DNA of 64,000 bases from an uncultured Desulfobacter sp. Lineage in GTDB: Bacteria > Desulfobacterota > Desulfobacteria > Desulfobacterales > Desulfobacteraceae. The stretch's first letter is position 1. Each line of letters begins with the position of its first letter. The translations under genes were made by a program, and so were the position numbers. The notes under the pieces were generated by a model, which was not told the origin of the DNA, searched no databases, and saw only the letters and a program-made list of their open reading frames with translations. The stretch is taken from NCBI GenBank assembly GCA_963665095.1, contig OY762069.1, positions 4,352,001-4,416,000 on the forward strand, read 5' to 3'. Positions 22,455 to 31,134 of the stretch are shown here, piece by piece.

Positions 22455-24620
22455 ATGGAAAATATTTTTGACAAAATAAAAAAATCCGGCCCCCTTCCCC
22501 AACTGCCCCAGGTCATGGTCCAGCTGATCCGGGCCTGCGGCAGTGACAGTACCAATGTTGATGAGCTGACAAGAATTATCTCTTCAGATGCCGGACTGAC
22601 AACCAGGCTGATTTCAATCATGTCATCGGCGTATCTGAACCTTGCCTCAAAACAGGTCGACACCATAAAATCCGCAGTCATGTATCTCGGGCTGGATACC
22701 ATCCGGAATATCGCTATCAGTTCCTCAGCCATGCAGTTTTTCAGCACGCCCCAAAAGGCTGCCGGGTTCGACCTCGACCGGTTCTGGTACCAGTCCTACA
22801 AATGCGCGGTACTGGCCCAGCAGATCGCCATTGAGGAAAACCAGGTCAATCCGGATGAATTTTTTCTGGCAGGACTGCTCCATGATATCGGCAGCCTTGT
22901 ACTCATGAATACCTTTCCCAAAGAGTATGAATCGGTTTTAAAAGACATTCACCAGGGAAAAGATCTATTTGAAGCGCAAACAAAAGTTTTCAATATTGAC
23001 AGCCCCAGGGTCAGTGCCTGGCTGTTTAATCAGTGGCACCTGAACCCGGTCACCTCTGATTCGGTCCAGTTCTTAAACCAGCCCCTTGAACGGATTCAGG
23101 AAGAGCTGCCCCATGTGAAAATCCTTTACATGGCAAGGACCATGGCCAGTGCTCAAAACGCGGACCACGCCTCTGTTCCCTTTGAAACAATGCTGACGCT
23201 GACGGATCTGCCTGAATTTCGTCTGGAAAAAATAGTTTCCCAGGCAGAAAAAGAGGTCCGGAAAATGGCAGGCAGCCTGAGCCTGAATTTAAACAAAAGC
23301 AGCAACGCAGACGCCGGCTTGAATCAGAATCAGGAAGACGATGCGCTTCTGGCCGGCGGGATTAAGGATTTTTCCCTGTTTTTTGGCACGCTTGACAGTC
23401 TGCTCAAGGCCAGGGATCTGACGGCTGTACTGGAGACTGTTCACCGGGGCCTGGAGATCATTTTTAATATTCCCCGGATCTTTTTCTTTCTCATGGACAA
23501 AGATAAGGATCTTTTGACAGGCGCCTGTATCAAAGAGGACCGCTACCACAACATAGTCAGAAGCATGGCCCTTGCCATGGACAGCCGGGCCAGCCTGGTG
23601 GTAAAGGCCGTATACACCTGCACCGTCCAGTCCAGTACCGGCCGTAATGACCTTGCCGTCCCTGATACACAGATTCTGCGTTTCCTTGAGACCCCTGCTT
23701 TCTACGCCATCCCCATTGCAGGGCGTGACCGGAGCCTGGGCGCCATTGTACTGGGCGTGGACAGCACAATGGCCAGAACACTGGACGAGAACAAGGGGAT
23801 TGTGGACCTGTTCTCCAGGCAGACCGGCATCTGCCTGGAGAATATTGACTTTCACCAGGCGTATGCCAGAGATCTGAATGATAAAAAAATGGAGGCCTAT
23901 GCCTCCCTCACAGACAAGGTCGTTCACGAAATCAACAACCCCATTGCCATTATCCGAAATTACCTGGAGTCCCTAAAACTCAAGCTGCCGGACAAGCACC
24001 CGGCCCAGGAGGAACTCATGGTGGTGGGAGAAGAGATGATCCGGGTATCATCACTGCTGGAAGGGCTGACCTCATTTTCAAAGCCCAAGATCGGGGGACT
24101 TGAAACCATTGACCTCAATCAGGTATGCCGGCGCGTGCTGGAGGTGTTGAAAAAATCCATGCTCCTGCCCAGACAGATTCAGATACAGGCCGACCTGGAT
24201 CCGGACATATCGTCTGCCGTTATGGACAGCAACGGATTAAAACAGGTGATTATCAACCTGGTTAAAAACGCTGCGGAAGCCCTGGGAAAAGGAGGGGAAA
24301 TTGTGTTTACAACCCGGCTTCTGCCAGGCTCCACAAAAGTACTTATAGACAAAAAAAAGAAAATTCCGGGATTTGTACAAATTACCATAAAGGACAATGG
24401 TCCGGGAATCCCTGCAAAGATCAGGGAGCGGCTTTTCGAGCCCTACAACTCCGGCAAGGAGAGCAGCACAAACTCAGGCTTAGGCCTTGCCATTGTTCAC
24501 TCCATTGTCAAAGAAATGCAGGGGCGCATTACCTGCGACAGCCGGCAGGGGCAAGGTACCTCTTTTACCGTTCTTCTTCCTCTGGCCCCTGGCAGCGTTC
24601 GCACCAGCCCCCGAAGATGA
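22455..24620 (+). CDS. HDOD-GAF-histidine kinase
   Basis: LPQLP..., AGLLHDIG (HDOD); HEINNP H-box; NLVKNA, DNGPG and GLGL boxes. Confidence 0.88.
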   Translation: MENIFDKIKKSGPLPQLPQVMVQLIRACGSDSTNVDELTRIISSDAGLTTRLISIMSSAYLNLASKQVDTIKSAVMYLGLDTIRNIAISSSAMQFFSTPQKAAGFDLDRFWYQSYKCAVLAQQIAIEENQVNPDEFFLAGLLHDIGSLVLMNTFPKEYESVLKDIHQGKDLFEAQTKVFNIDSPRVSAWLFNQWHLNPVTSDSVQFLNQPLERIQEELPHVKILYMARTMASAQNADHASVPFETMLTLTDLPEFRLEKIVSQAEKEVRKMAGSLSLNLNKSSNADAGLNQNQEDDALLAGGIKDFSLFFGTLDSLLKARDLTAVLETVHRGLEIIFNIPRIFFFLMDKDKDLLTGACIKEDRYHNIVRSMALAMDSRASLVVKAVYTCTVQSSTGRNDLAVPDTQILRFLETPAFYAIPIAGRDRSLGAIVLGVDSTMARTLDENKGIVDLFSRQTGICLENIDFHQAYARDLNDKKMEAYASLTDKVVHEINNPIAIIRNYLESLKLKLPDKHPAQEELMVVGEEMIRVSSLLEGLTSFSKPKIGGLETIDLNQVCRRVLEVLKKSMLLPRQIQIQADLDPDISSAVMDSNGLKQVIINLVKNAAEALGKGGEIVFTTRLLPGSTKVLIDKKKKIPGFVQITIKDNGPGIPAKIRERLFEPYNSGKESSTNSGLGLAIVHSIVKEMQGRITCDSRQGQGTSFTVLLPLAPGSVRTSPRR

Positions 24621-24630
24621 GGTCAAACGC

Positions 24631-25638
24631 ATGATAAAAAGCGGAGAAATTATGATTGAACAAGGCCTGGTTACGCCTGGTAACGTAGACATGGCCCTGT
24701 CCATCCAGAAAAAAAACAGAGATAAATCTGTTGACGGCCGTACCCTTTTTCTGGGTATGATCCTGTGTAAACTCAATCTGATCACACCTGTGGAAAACTA
24801 TTATGTGCTGAAAAAGCATGATAAACTTGTCTCCATTATTACACGGCTGTCTGAAAAAAGAATTGTTTCCGACACACGGCTCAAAGAGATCAGGGCTGAA
24901 GCTGAAAACCAGACGATTCCTTTCATCTCCCACCTTCTTGAAAAACAGGTATTGTCAAAGGCCCAGCTCCAGGAGGTCCTTTTTGAGCTGTTTGGTATTC
25001 CTTCAAGATCTGTCTCCGACATTGCCTTTGATGAGCTGAACAAAAAACAGCTGGCCGCCATCATAGACCGGGAACAGGCCCTAAAATACGGACTGATTCC
25101 TCTACAGCTCTCCGGCAACACCTTAACCATAGGCATTACGGACCCCGATGGCCTGATTTTTATACGCAACCTGGACCAGCGCTTTCCCCAGTACAGATTT
25201 TATCCGGTATTTATCCCCTATCCCGGTTTTAAATGGTTTTATCCCATCCTCTACCCCGGGGACCAGGCCATTGCAAAAAAACCGGCAGGGTTCTCCCCCC
25301 CTGAAAAAAAGGAAGTCAAAGACAAAACAAAAGAATCCGCCAGCGTTGAACCCGTGCCTGAAACCATCCGTGACCCACGAATGGAAATGCATGCAGTGGC
25401 ACGGCTGTTCAAACAATATGAACGGCTGCGTCTTGGGCATGACAGCCAGAACAACCATGAGGCGTACAGCCAGCGCATGACCCAGTTCGCAGACTTTATC
25501 TGTGACAGTTATGACGAAATAACCCGCCAGTACGGTTGCCGCAGCATTCAGTTTTTTGCCCATAAAAAGGACGGCAGGACCATGGTGATGGCCAAGCCTG
25601 CCGATGGAAGTCAAAAGGGAAAGGACAGATTCATATGA
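24631..25638 (+). CDS. Stand-alone MshEN/GspE N-terminal domain protein (no ATPase)
   Basis: KSGEIMIEQGLVT...ALSIQ, FLGMIL, and ALKYGLIPL...LTIGITDP; ATG 24631 after a GAGG RBS. Confidence 0.7.
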   Translation: MIKSGEIMIEQGLVTPGNVDMALSIQKKNRDKSVDGRTLFLGMILCKLNLITPVENYYVLKKHDKLVSIITRLSEKRIVSDTRLKEIRAEAENQTIPFISHLLEKQVLSKAQLQEVLFELFGIPSRSVSDIAFDELNKKQLAAIIDREQALKYGLIPLQLSGNTLTIGITDPDGLIFIRNLDQRFPQYRFYPVFIPYPGFKWFYPILYPGDQAIAKKPAGFSPPEKKEVKDKTKESASVEPVPETIRDPRMEMHAVARLFKQYERLRLGHDSQNNHEAYSQRMTQFADFICDSYDEITRQYGCRSIQFFAHKKDGRTMVMAKPADGSQKGKDRFI

Positions 25639-26852
25639 CAAAGGTGCTTACCATTGCTTCGGGAAAAGGCGGGGCCGGAAAAACCAGTATCAGCCTGAAC
25701 CTGTCTCTGGCCCTGGCAAGTATAGGCTACCGGGTCTGCCTGTTTGATGCCGACCTGGGCCTTGCCAATGTAAATATTCTCACCGGATTTTATCCGGAGC
25801 ATGGCCTGGCAGAGGTGCTGGAAGGCAGTCACACCCTGTCGGACATCATGATCCGCAATTTCAACGGCATTGATATTATTCCGGGAAGTTCCGGTGTTGA
25901 AAAACTGGCCGATCTGACCAGCTCAGAAGCCGGGGGATTAATCCACGCGTTTCTGGATCTTCCCGATTATGACTACTTTATTCTGGACACCTCTGCAGGT
26001 ATTTCGTCGCAGGTTCTCTCCTTTTGCCGGGCATCCCAGGAAATGGTCCTGGTGGTCACGCCGGAGCCGACATCCCTGACCGATGCCTATTCCCTGCTCA
26101 AGGTACTGTCAAAAAAGGGTGCCATGCCCAGAATCCGGGTAGTGGTCAATCAGGTTCGCAAGGCAGATGAGGCCAGGAGATCCTATGCAAAACTTAAAAA
26201 AACTGCGGGACGTTTTTTGTCTGTGGACCTGGCACCCCTTGGCATTGTGGCCCGGGACCCCAATGTCTCCAATGCCGTTATCACCCAGGTGCCCTTCCTT
26301 ATACAGTATCCGGATACCCAGGCTTCCAGGTGTATCCGCTCCCTGGTTCTCAAGCTGATCAAGGCCCCGGGCCAGGATATGCCCATTGAAGCGTTCTGGG
26401 ACCAGTGCCTGGAGCTGTTAGGCGGGAAGCCGCCCCAGATTCAGGCAAAGGGGCAAAATATGCCATTTCCCGGAGCCAATGAAAAGGAAGATGCAGACCG
26501 AACCGCTGATAAAGTCAGCCAGCCCAGCGCTGTAACTGCAGCGGAGAATACCGGCGAGGCAACCGCACGCAGGCTGTCTGAAATCGAAGAAAAACTGGAC
26601 CGGCTGCTGCAGGAAATGGCAGATCTGAAGAAGATGGTCAGCAAACCGGAACAGCTGCGCCAGGAGCCGGAGCAGGTCACATCACAGCCGGAAATGCAGC
26701 CCTCACAGCCGGATCAGCCCCTTGATCCGTTTTTCCCAACGCCTGAGGTGCCGTCACCGGAGCCGGCACCCCTGGTTCATGATCAGATTCATGATCCCAA
26801 TGAACCGGAACCGGTAGCCCTGGATTTTGAGGCCTGGCTCGCTGCGCAATAA
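25635..26852 (+). CDS. FlhG/FleN-like MinD/ParA ATPase with C-terminal extension
   Basis: SGKGGAGKT, DADLGLANV, DTSAGIS and TPEPTSLTDAY; ATGA overlap with the upstream gene. Confidence 0.85.
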   Translation: MTKVLTIASGKGGAGKTSISLNLSLALASIGYRVCLFDADLGLANVNILTGFYPEHGLAEVLEGSHTLSDIMIRNFNGIDIIPGSSGVEKLADLTSSEAGGLIHAFLDLPDYDYFILDTSAGISSQVLSFCRASQEMVLVVTPEPTSLTDAYSLLKVLSKKGAMPRIRVVVNQVRKADEARRSYAKLKKTAGRFLSVDLAPLGIVARDPNVSNAVITQVPFLIQYPDTQASRCIRSLVLKLIKAPGQDMPIEAFWDQCLELLGGKPPQIQAKGQNMPFPGANEKEDADRTADKVSQPSAVTAAENTGEATARRLSEIEEKLDRLLQEMADLKKMVSKPEQLRQEPEQVTSQPEMQPSQPDQPLDPFFPTPEVPSPEPAPLVHDQIHDPNEPEPVALDFEAWLAAQ

Positions 26853-26854
26853 AT

Positions 26855-28018
26855 TTAAAGGCCAAGTACCCTTAAACAGCTATCCATCTCCTGCCGGTCA
26901 CCTGTGCGCTTCCCCGGATCGTCTGACAGTTTGACGGTGGCAGATCCTTCCATGTCGGGCTCAGGCCGGGCCCAGGCCAGCTTTATCACAATATTTAAGG
27001 CTGGCGTGCCCACATCATTGGTCAGATGCGTACCAATGCCGTAGGAATCCTTTACCTTCCCCCTGCATAAATTATGTATGTCAATCGCCCTGTCCGTATC
27101 CAGACCGTTTGAAAACACGATGACTTTGGCAGCCGGATCAATCCCTTTTTCCCGGTAATGGGCAGTGATATTCCGGATAAAACGTTCAGGGTCTCCGGAA
27201 TCATGGCGGACACCGGAAAATTTTTCAGCCCGCTCTTTGCTGAAAGCATCAAGGAAAACCCCGGTGGTAAAGGTGTCAGTCAGGGCAATGCCCAGTACAT
27301 CCGGATACACCGTCAGCCAGGCATCCATGGCAGCGGCATTGGCTCTGTGATAATCGGTCAGTGCGGCATGGAACATGATCCACTCATGGGCCAGGGTACC
27401 CACCGGTGCAATGTTATATACGCGTGCGAAATGGACATTGGAGGTCCCGGCCATCCGGTGTTCATCCAGCGCCAGGATATCTTCAAGCAGCCGTGCCTGA
27501 TTGGCAAAGGAAAATCTGCGCCGGGTGCCGAACTCCGAAAACGTCAGGCCGGCATCGGACATCTTCCGGGCTTTGGCCTGGTTTCGTGCCTTTATCTCCT
27601 GTCCGGATAAAATCTTTGGGGACGTCAGCTCATAATAGGTCTCACATATCGCCGCCATCAAAGGCACTTCCCACAAAATGGTCCGGCACCAGGGGCCGTC
27701 AATTTTTACGGAAAGGGTCTTCCCCTGCTGAACAATCTGTACCTGCCCCGGATCATACCGGTATGCATACAGGTATTCCAGGTATTCTGGCATAAAATAT
27801 GGGCAGGTGGATTCAAGCCATGACTTTTCATCCCGGGTCAGGCATAAGTCCGCCATAAGCGCCACCCGGTTTTTTAAAACTCTTGCAAAGCCTTCAGGAA
27901 AAGAGGTTTTGCCCCGGTTGGTGAATTCATACTGCACCCGGGCGTCAGGATAAAGCCGGCACACAGCCTGCTGCATGGTAAACTTATATAAATCATTGTC
28001 TAATATGCTCTCAATCAT
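26855..28018 (-). CDS. pncB: Nicotinate phosphoribosyltransferase
   Basis: SILDNDLYKFTMQQA, EFGTRRR, GTLAHEW, RHDSGDP and KLSDDPGK. Confidence 0.95.
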   Translation of the reverse strand: MIESILDNDLYKFTMQQAVCRLYPDARVQYEFTNRGKTSFPEGFARVLKNRVALMADLCLTRDEKSWLESTCPYFMPEYLEYLYAYRYDPGQVQIVQQGKTLSVKIDGPWCRTILWEVPLMAAICETYYELTSPKILSGQEIKARNQAKARKMSDAGLTFSEFGTRRRFSFANQARLLEDILALDEHRMAGTSNVHFARVYNIAPVGTLAHEWIMFHAALTDYHRANAAAMDAWLTVYPDVLGIALTDTFTTGVFLDAFSKERAEKFSGVRHDSGDPERFIRNITAHYREKGIDPAAKVIVFSNGLDTDRAIDIHNLCRGKVKDSYGIGTHLTNDVGTPALNIVIKLAWARPEPDMEGSATVKLSDDPGKRTGDRQEMDSCLRVLGL

Positions 28019-28204
28019 AGTGGGTATAATATATTCAGATCCGATTTTTGTATATGAATAATGGCGCTAATTTTTTTACACTTGCAACACAGAAAAACTG
28101 GTTTTAAGTTAGACAGAATTTTTACCGGCAGATTTAATATGTTTATCCGCCAACACCAGCCAGGCATTTGGGAACAATGCCTGTGGCAAGGAATATATAC
28201 CCGC

Positions 28205-28831
28205 ATGCAGATTGATAAAAAACAGGATCAGACCGCAGTGATCGTCGTGGATATTCAGGGCGATTTTACCCAGGCTTACCAGGGCAGCCTGGCAGTTGAG
28301 GGCACCGGCCAGGCATACCTTGATGCAGCAGAGGCAGGGACCAGACACTTAAAAACGCTGGGATATCCCATCTATGCCACCCAGGACTGGCACCCGGCCA
28401 CACATGTCTCCTTTTTCTCCAACCACAAAGACACCAATCCCCTTGACCTCATTGAAATTGACGGCAGAACCCAGGTGCTTTGGCCCTCCCACTGTGTCCA
28501 GAACGCCCCGAATGCAGAACTCCTGCTGGACAAAACCCTTTTTGACGCCATCATAAAAAAAGGCCAGGACCCGGCATATGACTCCTATTCCGGCTTTTTT
28601 GACGACGGGAAAAAACCCACAGGTCTTGAGGATATACTGAAGGAAAAAGGGATAACCAACCTGATCATTTATGGCCTTGCAACGGATTATTGCGTCAAAG
28701 CCACAGCAATGGATGCACGAAGCTTAGGATTTGAAGTGACATTAATCGAAGAATTGTGCCGGGGCGTTGCACCAGACACCACCCAGACAGCAATAAAAGA
28801 AATGAAAGCAGCCGGCGTAACAATTTCCTGA
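28205..28831 (+). CDS. pncA: Nicotinamidase/pyrazinamidase
   Basis: VVDIQGDF, TQDWHP, LWPSHCVQ and GLATDYCV; start placed at ATG 28205. Confidence 0.92.
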   Translation: MQIDKKQDQTAVIVVDIQGDFTQAYQGSLAVEGTGQAYLDAAEAGTRHLKTLGYPIYATQDWHPATHVSFFSNHKDTNPLDLIEIDGRTQVLWPSHCVQNAPNAELLLDKTLFDAIIKKGQDPAYDSYSGFFDDGKKPTGLEDILKEKGITNLIIYGLATDYCVKATAMDARSLGFEVTLIEELCRGVAPDTTQTAIKEMKAAGVTIS

Positions 28832-28903
28832 TCCCGGACTGAACTATGACATAGCCCTCCCGACGCTCAGATTTTTTTGCATATTAAATTGTTACGTTAT
28901 GGT

Positions 28904-29046
28904 GTGTTTGGATAAAAACTTGCCCAGATGCAAGGCGCAAGCAAAGCTGAGACCGGAGCGTACTTTAGTACGTGAGGCCCGATTATATGATTTGGCAGCT
29001 TTGTGCAGCAACGCCGCAGGTGGGTAAGTTTTTATTCAAACACTTA
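28904..29046. repeat. Structured dispersed repeat/MITE, copy B
   Basis: GTGTTTGGATAAAAACTTGCCCAGATGCAAGGCGCAA...GGGTAAGTTTTTATTCAAACAC; abuts the TAA of the gene at 29044. Confidence 0.9.
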
Positions 29047-29595
29047 TTTGAAGCTTCTGGCGAACAGGTCTTCCAGGGCAGCGGCCGCATCCTCAGTAAG
29101 ATTACGCGTACCCGTTCCCGCAAAGGTCTTATGATGAATCACCGGCGTAACCATCTGCCAGTCATTACCCACCCAGGAAAACCAGGCCTTTCTGTCCTGT
29201 TCATACACAAACACAGGCCGGTTGAACAGCTTGCCCAGCTCCACGCCCCACCCGGTACCGCCTTTAACGGTTTTATCCGGCAGAATCCAGCCCACGGCAA
29301 ACACCTGGTATCCATTATTCACCATATGAAAAATGGATTGGATGACCTTTCTGATTTTGTTGCCTTTGGAAAAGGATCTTCCCAGACGGGTAGAAACAAT
29401 ATCCATTGAGATATTCCCCTTTTCAAGGGCCTCCTGATTCAGGACGGTAACCCCGGTATCCCTGTCAATGGTATGGCCCTCAAAAGAAAAATTAACCTCC
29501 TTGACCCCATACTTTTCCGCAAGTTTTCCAAACTCAGCTTCGGCACCTCTGTGTCCCCCGCTGTAAAGTGTAAACTGGGACGGATCATTATTCAT
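29044..29595 (-). CDS. Hypothetical protein, SLOG/MoCo-carrier-like Rossmannoid fold
   Basis: LYSGGHRGAE and KGGTGWGVE motifs resemble SLOG-family glycine motifs; ATG 29595 with AGGAG RBS. Confidence 0.6.
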   Translation of the reverse strand: MNNDPSQFTLYSGGHRGAEAEFGKLAEKYGVKEVNFSFEGHTIDRDTGVTVLNQEALEKGNISMDIVSTRLGRSFSKGNKIRKVIQSIFHMVNNGYQVFAVGWILPDKTVKGGTGWGVELGKLFNRPVFVYEQDRKAWFSWVGNDWQMVTPVIHHKTFAGTGTRNLTEDAAAALEDLFARSFK

Positions 29596-29761
29596 CTTAT
29601 TCACTCCTTTAAATTAAATGGTCACCAACTTAAAAAACCTTTTATAGATTCTTATGCTTAATTGAATGTGGCTCTGATAGAAAATTGACGCTTCATCGTA
29701 TTAAAAAGATCTAAAATAAGCAAGTTCCAACACGTGTCAAGGCAGGGATAATAATTAATTC

Positions 29762-29976
29762 GTGTTTGGACAGCTCCAGCTCCACAGAGAAACCCCGTGT
29801 TTGGTGCTTGGTGTTTGGACAAAAAGTTGCCCAGATGCAAGGCGCAAGCAAAGCTGCAACCTTAAGCGTACTTCAGTACGTGAGGCCCGATTATATGATT
29901 TGGCAGCTTTGTGCAGCAACGCCGCAAGTAAATGATTTTTTGAGCTGAAGCTCCTCTTCGAGCCGTTCAAACACTA
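29762..29976. repeat. Structured dispersed repeat/MITE, copy C (with internal insertions)
   Basis: Same core as A, B and D; ends GTTCAAACACTA; overlaps the TAG of the restored diguanylate cyclase frame. Confidence 0.85.
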
Positions 29977-30977
29977 ATTATCTGTCAGAAAACTGGTCGA
30001 TTTAAAGCAATTACGGCCTGAATCCTTTGCCCGGTAAAGCGCTTCATCAGCAGCCTTGATAAGCACGGTGGGAAGGGTGTTCTGGGCCGGAACCATGTGG
30101 CCACCCCCACACTGATGGTAACATGGTCGGCAGTGCGGGATGACTCATGGGGAACATCCAGATCCGAAACTGCATCCAGCATTCGAACAGCAATGTTTTC
30201 CCCTCCCGAAACATTGGTATCCGGCAGAATCGCCCCAAACTCTTCCCCTCCGTAACGTGCGATGTTGTCCACATCCCGCAGAATGGATTTTCCCAGCGCC
30301 CTTGCTACCCTTCTGAGACAGTCGTCCCCGGCGACATGACCGTAGGTGTCATTAAAGGCTTTAAAGTGATCAATATCAGCGATAATCAGGGTTACAGGGG
30401 TCTTCTGACGCAATCCCCGTTGCCACTCCCTGTCCATGGCTTCATCAAAAAACCGCCGGTTCAGAAGACCGGTCAATCCGTCCTGGGAAGAGAGCTGGAC
30501 AAGCAGATCATTAGACTTCTCAAGTTCCTGCTTTACCGCTTCCAACTCAGCAACTTTGGCATCCAGTTCCTTTGTTTTCTGTTCAAGCAGGCAGCGCTGA
30601 AGATGAAGCTCAAGAAAAATCTTTACCTTGGATGTCAGCACATCCGGGGCAATGGGTTTAAACAGATAATCCACGGCACCGGAGCCGTATCCCCTGAACA
30701 CATGGGCGTCCTCTTTATTTGCAGCGGTGATAAAAATAATGGGAATGTTTTTGGTCCGGCTGTTGCCGCGAAGCAGGGTGGCGGTCTCATAACCGTCCAT
30801 CTCCGGCATCTGAACATCCAAAAGAATCAGGGCAAATTCATAATCAAGGTTTTTTTCCAGGGCTTCCTGTCCGGAACCTGCCCGGATAATATCCAGTTCA
30901 GGAGACTCAAGCAGCTGCTCAAGGGATAAAAGATTCTCCGGCCGGTCATCAACGATCAGAATACAGGGGTTTGCCAT
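29974..30977 (-). pseudogene. REC-GGDEF diguanylate cyclase with a 1-bp frameshift near 30097 (pseudogene or sequencing error)
   Basis: REC plus RYGGEEF; after SVGVAT the conserved tail MVPAQNTLPTVLIKAADEALYRAKDSGRN lies in another frame and ends at TAG 29974. Confidence 0.8.
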
Positions 30978-31134
30978 TTACACCTACTTTTCTTTTGCCG
31001 CTGCCGCTGGCAGACAGTGTATCATTTTCATAGCCCGGAACACATGTATCGATGAATTTTGTTAAGGATTCTTTTACCCTGAGCCCGGATGGTTTGTAAA
31101 GTATTGAATAAAAAACCTGTTTCAAAGCTGCCTG

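Noticed and set aside
28904..29976. Recurring GTGTTTGG motifs as a CRISPR array
   Set aside because: No regular repeat-spacer periodicity and no cas genes; they are termini of the dispersed repeat.
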